DNA of 64,000 nt, from positions 64,001-128,000 of the IMG/VR virus record IMGVR_UViG_3300043423_000073. The stretch is one strand, 5' to 3'. The position numbers were made by a program, and so were the translations under genes. Position 1 is the first letter of the stretch, and every line of letters begins with the position of its first letter. Shown here piece after piece: positions 7,523-16,555 of this stretch. The notes beneath the pieces were generated by a model. It saw only the letters and a list, made by a program, of their open reading frames with translations. It searched no databases and had not been told where the DNA came from. The stretch is from a virus (Duplodnaviria > Caudoviricetes).

Positions 7523-10490
7523 TTTTAAGCTCCTCTCCTAAATCTACACCCAGCAGCGGATATGTCTTGTTGAGGTACTCACGGACTGACTTGTCTTTCC
7601 AAGGCGCGTAAATCTTTTCCATAATGTCCTCGTAGGTTTCAGTAAGCAGGCCCTGCTCAATGCCATCCTTTACGGACTTTGCGATTATGTCGTTGAGGTT
7701 AGGCAACGACCAATCCCACTTGTAAGACTTTGTATCACGCACACCGACTTCGATTTCGATTTCTGGCTCAACTGTGAATTTAAACCCGAACACCTTTTCG
7801 TACTCGCGTGCTACTCCGTAGGTTGTCGCCCATTGCAGCAAATGGATGAAAGGCAGGACCATCTCATACGGCACAGTGTAATAGCTCGCGTCATGCACGA
7901 TACGGTTCATGGTAAACTTTGTCTTCTTCACACCCAGCATCTTCTTCATGCGAGGGACTAAGGAGGCGTAGAACCGAACAGCAACTAAGCGCGCAGCCTT
8001 GACCGCAATCTCAGACGCAAAGCCTTGAATAGGCGCGTTCATACCTTGCCGCACCTGCCTGCGAACAATACGCTTGTCTTTGGTCATACCTGCGAAGAGG
8101 TGACGAATACGACCAATGGGGCTGTAGACGTAAAGCTTCTCTGTTGCCAACTTTTGCATTTTCTGCATCCAAGCGTGGCCCCGAGGAAACTCTTTAAACA
8201 TTTTGTCAATAATGCCTTGAGCGTACTCAGTTCTGTCTTCGTCAAGCAACTGCTGAAACTGCTCTTCAAGCGCAGGGAGGTCAGGTGACTTGGCTTTATA
8301 GGCCGCGCCAATCTTGGCCTTCAACTCATCAAGCTGGGCCTTCTTAGTGTCCTGCCCTAAGGTTTCTGGCGACTTGCCGTAGATGAGACCAAAGACAATT
8401 GCCTTGATCGCGTCACGCAAAGGGTCCGACTTCTCCACCCACTTCTGAAAGAATCGGTAAACGTTCTGAATGTGCAAGTCGCCTTTCTTCTTCATCTCCT
8501 GCATAATTTCTGGCGTAGGATTCTTAATCCAAAGCTGCCGTAACCTTTGACCTTCCTTAAAGGCATTGGCTAGATTTGTGTCGCCAGAGACAATCGACCA
8601 GCCACGTACCTCGTGTGCTGAATAGTCATATCGAATCTGCAGATGTCCGTCCACAGTTGAGAACATTTCCTTAATGATCTTTGCGAGCTTTCCTCGACTA
8701 GGAATGTTCTGAAAGTTTGGGTCTGCCGAGGCCAGTCTACCTGTGGCCACAGGGTAGTACATGAAGTCCGCCCGAAGGTGGTCATCAACGAGTGCGTCCG
8801 GGTCTGACTTGAGTCGCTTGTACCAACCTTTCAGGTAAGTGCTTACAAGCTTGGTAGCCTCCTGGTAATCACCAAAGAGCTGGACCAAGTAGTTGCGATC
8901 CTTGTAGTGGGCAACAAACGCCTTGTCCACCGCAGGCGCACCCGACTCTGTCTTGCTGATAGGTTTGAGGCCCATCACATTGAAAAATAGCAACGCCTTG
9001 TGTGCTGGCTTGGTAAGTGAGAAAACCCACTGCGACTCCGTTGCCTTTGAACCAAAAAGACCTTTTGCCTTTAACCCGCTGTCATCTAGGAGCAAGGCGT
9101 TTGCCTGACGCACGTGAGGAAGATCGCGAAACTCGGCAGTCAATTCTGTAATGGTCTTAGCCAGCGTTGAGTCTGCTTTAAGCTGGGCTCGTAGGTAAGC
9201 AACGTCAAGATGCGAGCCGCCATCCTTGAGATGCGAAAGCACATGCTCAGTGTCCGACATTTGGTTGAGCATGAACCGTTCGTAGTAAGGGCGGTAGGGC
9301 TTGCCATTCAGCTCCTGCTTCTCCGCGCGTAAGAGTTGTTGTGCCTTGATCTGCAACAGACAAACAACGTCCACGGCCATGTAGGTCAGTGCGTTTTTGT
9401 CTGTGAGCGAGGTCTGCCCAATGCTACCTCTGTCCTCTTTCTTAAACTCCGCTGTGAGATAATGGTCATTGCCGTAGGAGGCAAGAAGGTTGGCAAGGCC
9501 GCGCTGGCTCCGTTGAAAGCTCACAAGGTCGTTGACGTTCTCGTCTAACGCGTGCTCACCAGCGCCTACGTCCCACACCTTGTGGTAGATAACAGGGAGG
9601 TTAAGCGCATTACGGGTTACCCGCAGGTCAAAGGCGCCGTTAAGGGTTAACAGTACCTTGTCTTTTTCTCGCATAAAGTCGCGAAGGCCGCGCTTAATGA
9701 TGCTCCGCTCTTCCTGCGAGAACGGATTGCTTTCATGTGGGTGATCTATAGGTAACACGTAGCCAACCGTGGGATCTGTGTCTAGGCAGAACTGTGCTGT
9801 GTAGATGGGATTTGCGTGGATGCTGAGGCTGCGCGTCTCAGTATCAAAGCCTAGCTCATTAGCCGCATACATGCGCTCAAGCAAAGTGTCAAATTTTTTG
9901 ATCGAGTTGACAAGCTTAGGCACCACAACCATGTTGCTAAGGTCGTGTGGGTGCTTGCCTAGATGCAAGTTGGCCAAATGGCGAGTGAAGAGGCCGAGTA
10001 AGTTGGCGCTCGAACCTTTGGCCTCGATCAGGCGCGCATAGTCGAGGCTGGAAGTGACTTTGCGATTCTCTATCGTGTGGACCCACCCGTCCTTGAGCCG
10101 CGCATTGTCAACTTGGTAGAGGAGGTTAAGGTCGCCAGCGAAGAAGATGTGCGTGGGGTCAAGCGTCTGTATAATCTTCAACATGCGCGTCTTGAACTCG
10201 GACTCAGCTGCGGCAAAGCTATGGCCCTTAAGATGCAGGTGGCGCTTGTCGTTAAAGTTGGTGACAGCGTAGGCAAAGGATGGGCGCCCGCCGTATTTGT
10301 CTGCGTGATCCTGTGCGTAGCGCAGCACGTTAGGCCAAGCCGGACCGGAGGCTATTACCTCGCTCTCAAGGTCTTCGGTAGGAACACTCTGCAAGATAAT
10401 GAGCATTCGCTGCTTGGCATTTTCCCAGCGTGGATCGATCTGTGACTTCACGTTGAAGCCTAGACTGGGAACAATAAAACGATTTATCAC
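7494..10490 (-). CDS. polA: Family A DNA polymerase with 3'-5' exonuclease and an extra N-terminal domain
   Basis: FDTET (ExoI), ATGRLAS..PNFQNIP, DYSAHEVR (motif A), KAIVFGLIYG (B), NAPIQG, VHDA (C). Confidence 0.95.
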   Translation of the reverse strand: MINRFIVPSLGFNVKSQIDPRWENAKQRMLIILQSVPTEDLESEVIASGPAWPNVLRYAQDHADKYGGRPSFAYAVTNFNDKRHLHLKGHSFAAAESEFKTRMLKIIQTLDPTHIFFAGDLNLLYQVDNARLKDGWVHTIENRKVTSSLDYARLIEAKGSSANLLGLFTRHLANLHLGKHPHDLSNMVVVPKLVNSIKKFDTLLERMYAANELGFDTETRSLSIHANPIYTAQFCLDTDPTVGYVLPIDHPHESNPFSQEERSIIKRGLRDFMREKDKVLLTLNGAFDLRVTRNALNLPVIYHKVWDVGAGEHALDENVNDLVSFQRSQRGLANLLASYGNDHYLTAEFKKEDRGSIGQTSLTDKNALTYMAVDVVCLLQIKAQQLLRAEKQELNGKPYRPYYERFMLNQMSDTEHVLSHLKDGGSHLDVAYLRAQLKADSTLAKTITELTAEFRDLPHVRQANALLLDDSGLKAKGLFGSKATESQWVFSLTKPAHKALLFFNVMGLKPISKTESGAPAVDKAFVAHYKDRNYLVQLFGDYQEATKLVSTYLKGWYKRLKSDPDALVDDHLRADFMYYPVATGRLASADPNFQNIPSRGKLAKIIKEMFSTVDGHLQIRYDYSAHEVRGWSIVSGDTNLANAFKEGQRLRQLWIKNPTPEIMQEMKKKGDLHIQNVYRFFQKWVEKSDPLRDAIKAIVFGLIYGKSPETLGQDTKKAQLDELKAKIGAAYKAKSPDLPALEEQFQQLLDEDRTEYAQGIIDKMFKEFPRGHAWMQKMQKLATEKLYVYSPIGRIRHLFAGMTKDKRIVRRQVRQGMNAPIQGFASEIAVKAARLVAVRFYASLVPRMKKMLGVKKTKFTMNRIVHDASYYTVPYEMVLPFIHLLQWATTYGVAREYEKVFGFKFTVEPEIEIEVGVRDTKSYKWDWSLPNLNDIIAKSVKDGIEQGLLTETYEDIMEKIYAPWKDKSVREYLNKTYPLLGVDLGEELKNACRAALSK

Positions 10491-10705
10491 TTTTGAACCT
10501 CTTGGGCAATTTGTTTGTGGACTTTCACTGTGTCGTACTTTGGGGCGTCCACTAGAGCTTCAAACTCTTCTGTGGTCAGATCCTCTGCTGTGTATTTACA
10601 GTGATGTGTCTTTCTGTGCTGCCACATGCAGCCGCCTTGTTTCAGTGGACAGACGCTGATAAGCAACTCGGCATTGATAGCGACGCAGTAAGTCATCGCA
10701 GGCAC
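10487..10705 (-). CDS. Small Cys-rich hypothetical protein
   Basis: 72 aa, translationally coupled to both neighbours. Confidence 0.5.
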   Translation of the reverse strand: MPAMTYCVAINAELLISVCPLKQGGCMWQHRKTHHCKYTAEDLTTEEFEALVDAPKYDTVKVHKQIAQEVQK

Positions 10706-11040
10706 CTCTCAGGCACAGGTAACTCAAGTCCTTGAATGGCCTTGAGAATTAACTCGTCCTTCTTTTTGGGGTCAGCCGCGATTAGTGCTTCGAGAAGAGT
10801 GTGCGTCGTATCGTCTTGCACATTAGCAAGAGAACGGAAAAAGTGAGTTTTTAGCTTTGCCGCCTTAGCAGCGTCAGTCATCTCTTTGCGAAACAGAGGG
10901 CGTAGTGAAGCAAAGAATGGAGACGTGTGTTGCGTTGTCTCAAAGTAGCCGGCAGTGACCGACCAGGCAATATGGGCTTCAACGTCGGCAGGGTCCGGCT
11001 CAAAATCTTTTCCTGGTCGGTGTTTGATCTGTCTTGTCAT
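10693..11040 (-). CDS. Hypothetical protein
   Basis: 115 aa, ATGA overlap with the nuclease gene. Confidence 0.6.
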   Translation of the reverse strand: MTRQIKHRPGKDFEPDPADVEAHIAWSVTAGYFETTQHTSPFFASLRPLFRKEMTDAAKAAKLKTHFFRSLANVQDDTTHTLLEALIAADPKKKDELILKAIQGLELPVPERCLR

Positions 11041-12026
11041 TGAAAGAGCTCCTTACGTTTTGACAAAATTTTGTCGGATAGCTCAGGGAACTGCTGTGCG
11101 GCCCAAGACTCAAAGAATGAACTGAGGTCAAACTCAATCGCCGACCCTCCGCCATCTTGCACGTCATGTAGTGCTTGCCGTGATTCCTCTTCGTCCGCTA
11201 CAAACCTTAACCTGGCATAATGCTTGAGCAGGTCGGGGCTTCCCTTAAAAGTTGGGTAAACCAAAGCGCGTACAAGCTCGCCAGGCTTAGGCGCAACAAA
11301 GTCTTTTTCGGTTCGCAGAATGACTGTGCGCAAAACATATTTTGGCTTGAGGGGCACGTAGCGTACGTCCCATCCGTCCTCGGAGAATGTGGCCTCGGCA
11401 AAGTACTGGCCCTCTTTAATTCCAAAGGAGGTTTGGTAAGGGGAGCCGGGTATGTAAGTGTTTCTCACCGTTTGGTTAGTGTGCAGATGACCGTTGATAA
11501 TGACGGCCTCGGACTTAGCGCCGTCTTTGGTTTCGAGTCCGTTGTCCTGCCTCGCCCCTGCCATATCGACGTGACTAAAGTTCAATCGGCTTTTGCTGAA
11601 CTTGGTATGAGGCCACGGGAGAAAGCGAACAGGCGCGCCATCAAGCTCTGCGTCGGTGACCTGCTCATAAATTTTCACGTTCCTCCTTGCGTAGCGTACC
11701 AACTCTAGGGAGTGACCGAACTCAGCCTCCGGGGATTCGAGATCGTGATTGCCTAGGATGACGTGGAACTGAAAAGGCTCTTTCAGAATACGCATGAGCT
11801 GGTGATGCGCTTGGTAGGAAAGACGAGTACCATCACTCACGTCGCCAAGCAGCACAACGTGCTCGATGCGGTGCTTGCTCGCGTAGGACAGGCACTGGTC
11901 AATAACAAGATCGGCAACGAATTTGTCATGATAGCCTATCAGCGAGGACAGGCCGCCGCGCACGTCTTTGCCATCTCTCCCTGTGGGCGCGGTTAAATGC
12001 AGATCACCTATTGCTATGAGTTTCAT
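11037..12026 (-). CDS. SbcD/Mre11-like metallophosphoesterase nuclease
   Basis: GDLH, LGDV, GNHD, GHLH, GSPYQ. Confidence 0.88.
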   Translation of the reverse strand: MKLIAIGDLHLTAPTGRDGKDVRGGLSSLIGYHDKFVADLVIDQCLSYASKHRIEHVVLLGDVSDGTRLSYQAHHQLMRILKEPFQFHVILGNHDLESPEAEFGHSLELVRYARRNVKIYEQVTDAELDGAPVRFLPWPHTKFSKSRLNFSHVDMAGARQDNGLETKDGAKSEAVIINGHLHTNQTVRNTYIPGSPYQTSFGIKEGQYFAEATFSEDGWDVRYVPLKPKYVLRTVILRTEKDFVAPKPGELVRALVYPTFKGSPDLLKHYARLRFVADEEESRQALHDVQDGGGSAIEFDLSSFFESWAAQQFPELSDKILSKRKELFQ

Positions 12027-12075
12027 TCACATCTCTCCTATGGAATACATTTACAGTTTGAGGGGTCAGACGTAC

Positions 12076-12115
12076 GGGCGGGGAGGGTGTAGGGAAGGGT
12101 GTAGGGAAGGGAGGG
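12076..12115 (+). repeat. G-tract array (potential G-quadruplex) in the divergent intergenic region
   Basis: gggcggggagggtgtagggaagggtgtagggaagggaggg: eight runs of three or more G. Confidence 0.6.
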
Positions 12116-12156
12116 CAAGGTAAAATGTAAATAGAATTTTTACGAAAGAACATGCC

Positions 12157-14433
12157 ATGATTGAATTTCCAAAAGGCGGTGAAGGTCGCCGCTTTGGGTA
12201 CATTGATGCTATGCCCGGGTCAGGCAAAACCGAATTGTTTGTTAGCGAGGCCGGGTATGCAGTTACGAGAAATCGCGAACGCCTTGTGCTCCACATCTAC
12301 GCTGCCCCCACTGTCCAACTCTTGGTCGAAACCTACAACCGCCTCATCCTTAACGCCAAGGCTCGGCGCCCAAAGACCTACCGAAAGTTTATCAAGGAGA
12401 CAACTCTCTTGGTGACGATGACTGACTGTGAGTCGCTAGAAGGCTTGATGGAAGAAGCTAACTACTCGATCGAACCTCCTGTCAACGCACTCCACGTTGC
12501 TATGGGCGTAGACTCGATTGAAACGTATGAGAGCTTGCCGCTACCACGTGGGGCCAAACGGAGCATCTTGGATTATGCGCCACCTGATTCCGGGTTCATA
12601 ACGCGCCGCCGCATCGTGGTTCTATTTGTGACCCATGAAGCCTTGCTGCGGGTAAGAAAAGAAAAAGCGTGCCCTGACCGCGTAAAGAACTTTCTGAAAC
12701 GCACAATGGTTTGGTTTGACGAGGCGCGTCAATGCTTTGCTCAAGGCCTAGAGATCTCAAAGGAGCAAATGTCCGAGGAGCAAATCCAAAAAATGTACGC
12801 ATGTGTTGAGATTGGCAACGAAGTTACACCGATCGACGCGGAAGAGGTCGTGGTCGGCAACAAGACGCGAGAAGTAGGTTTCTTCCCGGTCACAGGCATG
12901 TTGAACCACAAGGCAATTCTCGAAAAGTTTGGAGCGCGGCGCGACAAAGATTTACCACCGCCCGCAAAAAGATTCTTTGAGATGCTGAAAAAGAATTGCA
13001 GCGCAGGCCGGTCTGTGGTCTTCGTGCGCCTTCCTTACTACCTAAGCAAAGAGGTACCTGTGCCCATAATCACCGGTGAGGTTGAGACGTTTGTGGCCAC
13101 ACGCCCCACTGATCTGTTTCAAGGCTACGGCTCTGTGGTGCTACTGTCGGCAATGTTTCGTGATTCGCAAATGTACCACATACTCACAGAGAACAGGAAG
13201 CACACAATGTACAACCTGCTTGCCTATGTGGACGAGAGCCCTGACCACACAACCATAAGCGACTACTTGCTAGGCGGTGGTCTCGAAGTAAGAAAGCCTT
13301 TACGCGAGATCAAGAAGCGCAGCGTGAAGCAAAGTGCCTTGATCGCAGAACGCCTGCGCTACATTGCATTAACCGCCACCGGCAACTTGTTAAGCCGCAA
13401 CTTCCTCAACAACTCGGTGTTGGTACCACGTGAGCTTGAAGAGCAGTTTGCCTACGTAGCTTCCAAGTTGCCTAACGCCAAGCGCATACCTAGGCATGAA
13501 ATGATTACGCGCATAGCCGCAGGTGAGGACCCGGTCGGCGACAAAGACTTGTGCCGGGCCTTGCAGCAGTACATGGTGCCGCCCCTCTGGGTAGCAATGC
13601 GAAAGGCCGCGCAGGTTTTACGCGAAGAAGGTTGTAATGAGACCTTGCTGTTCATAAACAGTCTGGAAAGCCACGTCGCAGGACGCTTGTGGTTAGGCTC
13701 GGTTGACTATCTCGGGGCCGTCCGTAACCCACAAAAGTTTTTACACCTTGAGGACGAACACTTAGTGAAAGGTGACGAAGGTACCCGCCAGCATCCGTAT
13801 GTGCGTAAATGGTTAGCGTGGTTAGAAAAAGCAGTACACGAGAAAAAGTTCTTCACTGTGCCAAAGACCACCTCGGTGCGCGGACTCAACACCTACAAGG
13901 ACTATGTCGGCTACATTCATCTGGCCGCACTAAACCAAACACCCGTCATGTACGAGTTTTGCAAGACGGTCATACCGCGCTACGACGTGGATCTCGATAA
14001 CGTCATCGACAACATTATGCAGACGCTGTACAGAACAAACTTGCGTGACCCGGATAGCAGCAAGAGAGTCTACATGGTGTTGCACAGCCAGGAGGCAGTG
14101 TTCAAGCTGAGTGAGAAGATTGGGCAGACGATACGCCCCTTGAGAAAAGAGCAGGCACCTATGGCCCAGCTCAACTACCGCGGAGAGCCTCGCCTCACTG
14201 AGGCCGGGCGTGAAGGTCGCAGGTCGGGTGGAAGGATTGGAGGGAAAATTGGCGGGCTTAGGCGTAGAAAATACCTTCCGGAGGACGCGAAGATCGTCCA
14301 GACCATGCAAATGCGATTGTCCCGAGGCAAAAAGCGCGGCGAAGACTTGAGCAAACTTGAGGCTGCACTTGAGGCTTTCAAAACCAAGGCCACAAAAAGA
14401 TATAAGGCGTCGCTAGGAGAACAGCATGAGTGA
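12157..14433 (+). CDS. SF2 helicase-like protein, candidate origin-binding/initiator
   Basis: DAMPGSGKT (Walker A), FDEA (Walker B), LLSA, RGLN.Y, QTLYRTNLR; basic C-terminal domain shared with the next gene. Confidence 0.7.
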   Translation: MIEFPKGGEGRRFGYIDAMPGSGKTELFVSEAGYAVTRNRERLVLHIYAAPTVQLLVETYNRLILNAKARRPKTYRKFIKETTLLVTMTDCESLEGLMEEANYSIEPPVNALHVAMGVDSIETYESLPLPRGAKRSILDYAPPDSGFITRRRIVVLFVTHEALLRVRKEKACPDRVKNFLKRTMVWFDEARQCFAQGLEISKEQMSEEQIQKMYACVEIGNEVTPIDAEEVVVGNKTREVGFFPVTGMLNHKAILEKFGARRDKDLPPPAKRFFEMLKKNCSAGRSVVFVRLPYYLSKEVPVPIITGEVETFVATRPTDLFQGYGSVVLLSAMFRDSQMYHILTENRKHTMYNLLAYVDESPDHTTISDYLLGGGLEVRKPLREIKKRSVKQSALIAERLRYIALTATGNLLSRNFLNNSVLVPRELEEQFAYVASKLPNAKRIPRHEMITRIAAGEDPVGDKDLCRALQQYMVPPLWVAMRKAAQVLREEGCNETLLFINSLESHVAGRLWLGSVDYLGAVRNPQKFLHLEDEHLVKGDEGTRQHPYVRKWLAWLEKAVHEKKFFTVPKTTSVRGLNTYKDYVGYIHLAALNQTPVMYEFCKTVIPRYDVDLDNVIDNIMQTLYRTNLRDPDSSKRVYMVLHSQEAVFKLSEKIGQTIRPLRKEQAPMAQLNYRGEPRLTEAGREGRRSGGRIGGKIGGLRRRKYLPEDAKIVQTMQMRLSRGKKRGEDLSKLEAALEAFKTKATKRYKASLGEQHE

Positions 14434-15430
14434 ATTTAGCAAGGGGAAGGTTAGAGCAGGTGACGTTGGCAAGGTTGGTGTGCGTGACGTTGGTAAAGAG
14501 AAAAACAACTATGTGTACGCCTACTACTTTGGCGCAAGCATAGTTTACGTAGGCATCGGGAAGGAGAGCAAGGTGGGAGACTTTTCGAGGGCCTTTAACC
14601 TAGAGGCTCACGCAAAGGTGTATGCCACTTACGGTGAGGCGCGCCGAGGAGAGGTGTCGGTGTCAGCGAAGACGAGAGAATTGCACAAGAAGGGCACCGG
14701 TCGTGAGGCAACCGCTCACCTAGAAGTTCAGGTAGTTGCGCGACAGCTCACACGAAAGTCCGCACGCGCAGTCGAGAGCCTACTGATCAAAACCCTTTGG
14801 CCTTTGCAAACATTGTTGAATGTTAGACAAGGAGGCAGTAACGGTGGTAGGAAGGTAACGGCAACCACGAAGACTAGGTCTGACGGTTTTATAGGGTCTG
14901 CCGAGATTGTGACCAGCCCGGTGACTGCTCGCGCCAAGACTAAAGGGGACGCCGAAGGGCCCTTTACGGAGAAGGGTACGCAGGAGCTGCTAGTCAAGTC
15001 AGGCTGTGTTATACCAAAGGCTGAACTTTTAGGACGTGCGCTAATTAAAGACAGCCTGAGGCGAGAAGACTTTCCTGGCCTGACCGCAGCAGAGTTTAAG
15101 AAATGCGTCGGCGGTATCTTTAGGGCGAGTCCTTGGATGACTGAGAAGCACGAGAGGTGGGTGTATCGACGCGTTGCCTTAACCGAGGAAGGACGAGAAG
15201 GTCGCCGTGCTGGTGGGATGAAGGGCGGGAAGATTGGCGGGAAGATTGGTGGTATCAGAAAAAGAAAATACCTCCCAGAGGACGCCAAAATTATTCAAGC
15301 AATGCAGACGCGTCTGTTCCGTGGCCGACGCCGAGGCGAGGACTTGCGTGAAAAAGAAAAACAACTAGAGGAGTTCAAAAAGCGTGCAATCGCCAAATTC
15401 ACCAAAAGCAACGGAATAAAACCGGCCTAA
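14426..15430 (+). CDS. GIY-YIG-like endonuclease domain protein
   Basis: YVYAY...YVGIG...RA...ESLLI...LLNVRQGG; C-terminal ~70 aa paralogous to the upstream gene. Confidence 0.65.
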   Translation: MSEFSKGKVRAGDVGKVGVRDVGKEKNNYVYAYYFGASIVYVGIGKESKVGDFSRAFNLEAHAKVYATYGEARRGEVSVSAKTRELHKKGTGREATAHLEVQVVARQLTRKSARAVESLLIKTLWPLQTLLNVRQGGSNGGRKVTATTKTRSDGFIGSAEIVTSPVTARAKTKGDAEGPFTEKGTQELLVKSGCVIPKAELLGRALIKDSLRREDFPGLTAAEFKKCVGGIFRASPWMTEKHERWVYRRVALTEEGREGRRAGGMKGGKIGGKIGGIRKRKYLPEDAKIIQAMQTRLFRGRRRGEDLREKEKQLEEFKKRAIAKFTKSNGIKPA

Positions 15431-15435
15431 AAACC

Positions 15436-15898
15436 CTGATAAAACCGGCCTAAACAAGGTGTAAAAGATGAAGTCGGGTCTTATAATAAAAGGCTGTTGT
15501 TTATCTTTTACAAAATTTAGGTTCGCCGAAGGCGATAAGGGTGGGAGCGAAGCGAACACCCTTTAATAAACACTTCCCCAACCCGTAATGTTTTACTTTT
15601 TAACTTTTTAACTTTCGGAAGTCTAACCTTTCGACTTTTCAACCTTTCGACTTTTCGACTCTTTACTTCCCGACGTTCCCCTTCTTACATTACGGGTTGG
15701 GGAAGTGTTCTATGGGTGACGATTCGCTTCGCTCCTCGTCACCGCGCCTTCGGCGAAAAACTGTAAATACTTTTTGTTAGACTCGCAGAGCTTCGGGAGC
15801 TTCGGGTGATTCGGGAGCTTCGGCGTCTTCTCAGGCTTTGACGCCTCTGGGAATCCTCTCGTGAATCCCCGAAGTTTTGTGTAGGCCGGTTTTATCAG
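15436..15898. other. Nested inverted-repeat region, candidate replication origin
   Basis: Perfect inverted pairs at 15436-15452/15882-15898 (17 bp), 15522-15534/15745-15757, 15544-15556/15723-15735 and 15569-15591/15687-15709 (23 bp); T-rich centre; gagcttcgg repeats at ~15788-15823. Confidence 0.6.
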
Positions 15899-15943
15899 AT
15901 TTTAGGAAAGCCTAAAGGCTACATTCAAAAGGCTAAATTCAAA

Positions 15944-16555
15944 ATGCACTTTTTTACTTCTGACACTCACTTCCTTGATCCCCGAATCCTAGACTTTACG
16001 AATCGGTGTGACTCAATGTTAGCCGCAGGCTTTAATGAGCACGATGCGTGGTTGACTTCCATTTGGAACTCGCAGGTCTCGCCCGGCGATTTGGTTTACG
16101 TTGTTGGTGACTTCTCGAAGGCGTACACGCCCGAGGCGCTTTCCGAGATCCTCGCGGGCCTCAACGGCTCCATCTTCTTAGTCAAAGGTAATCACGATCA
16201 AAGCTCAGTTCTTCTCAACTGCCCTAATCCAAAGATTGTTAAGTGGTCTCATCGCCAGTCGCTTTCTATCTGCGGCATGCAAACCGTTCTCTCGCATGAA
16301 CCCAAGCTCGTGTGGGTAGGCCAGCACTTGGGCAGTTTTCACCTACACGGTCACACGCACGGTCGGCTTAGTTTCCAAGGGCGTGCGCTTGACGTTGGCA
16401 TCGACAGCGCTTACAAGCTTTTAGGTAGCCACCGACTCTTCACCGAGGCCGAAGTTTTCTCTCGTCTTATCAACCGCAGCCCTGTTTCCTACGACGGTAG
16501 AAAGGTCATCGATGCTCGCCCCGCTCCTCCCTTGGCAATCGCCGACTCTGTTTGA
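15944..16555 (+). CDS. Calcineurin-like metallophosphoesterase
   Basis: TSDTHF, VGDF, GNHD, SHEP, HGHTH. Confidence 0.88.
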   Translation: MHFFTSDTHFLDPRILDFTNRCDSMLAAGFNEHDAWLTSIWNSQVSPGDLVYVVGDFSKAYTPEALSEILAGLNGSIFLVKGNHDQSSVLLNCPNPKIVKWSHRQSLSICGMQTVLSHEPKLVWVGQHLGSFHLHGHTHGRLSFQGRALDVGIDSAYKLLGSHRLFTEAEVFSRLINRSPVSYDGRKVIDARPAPPLAIADSV

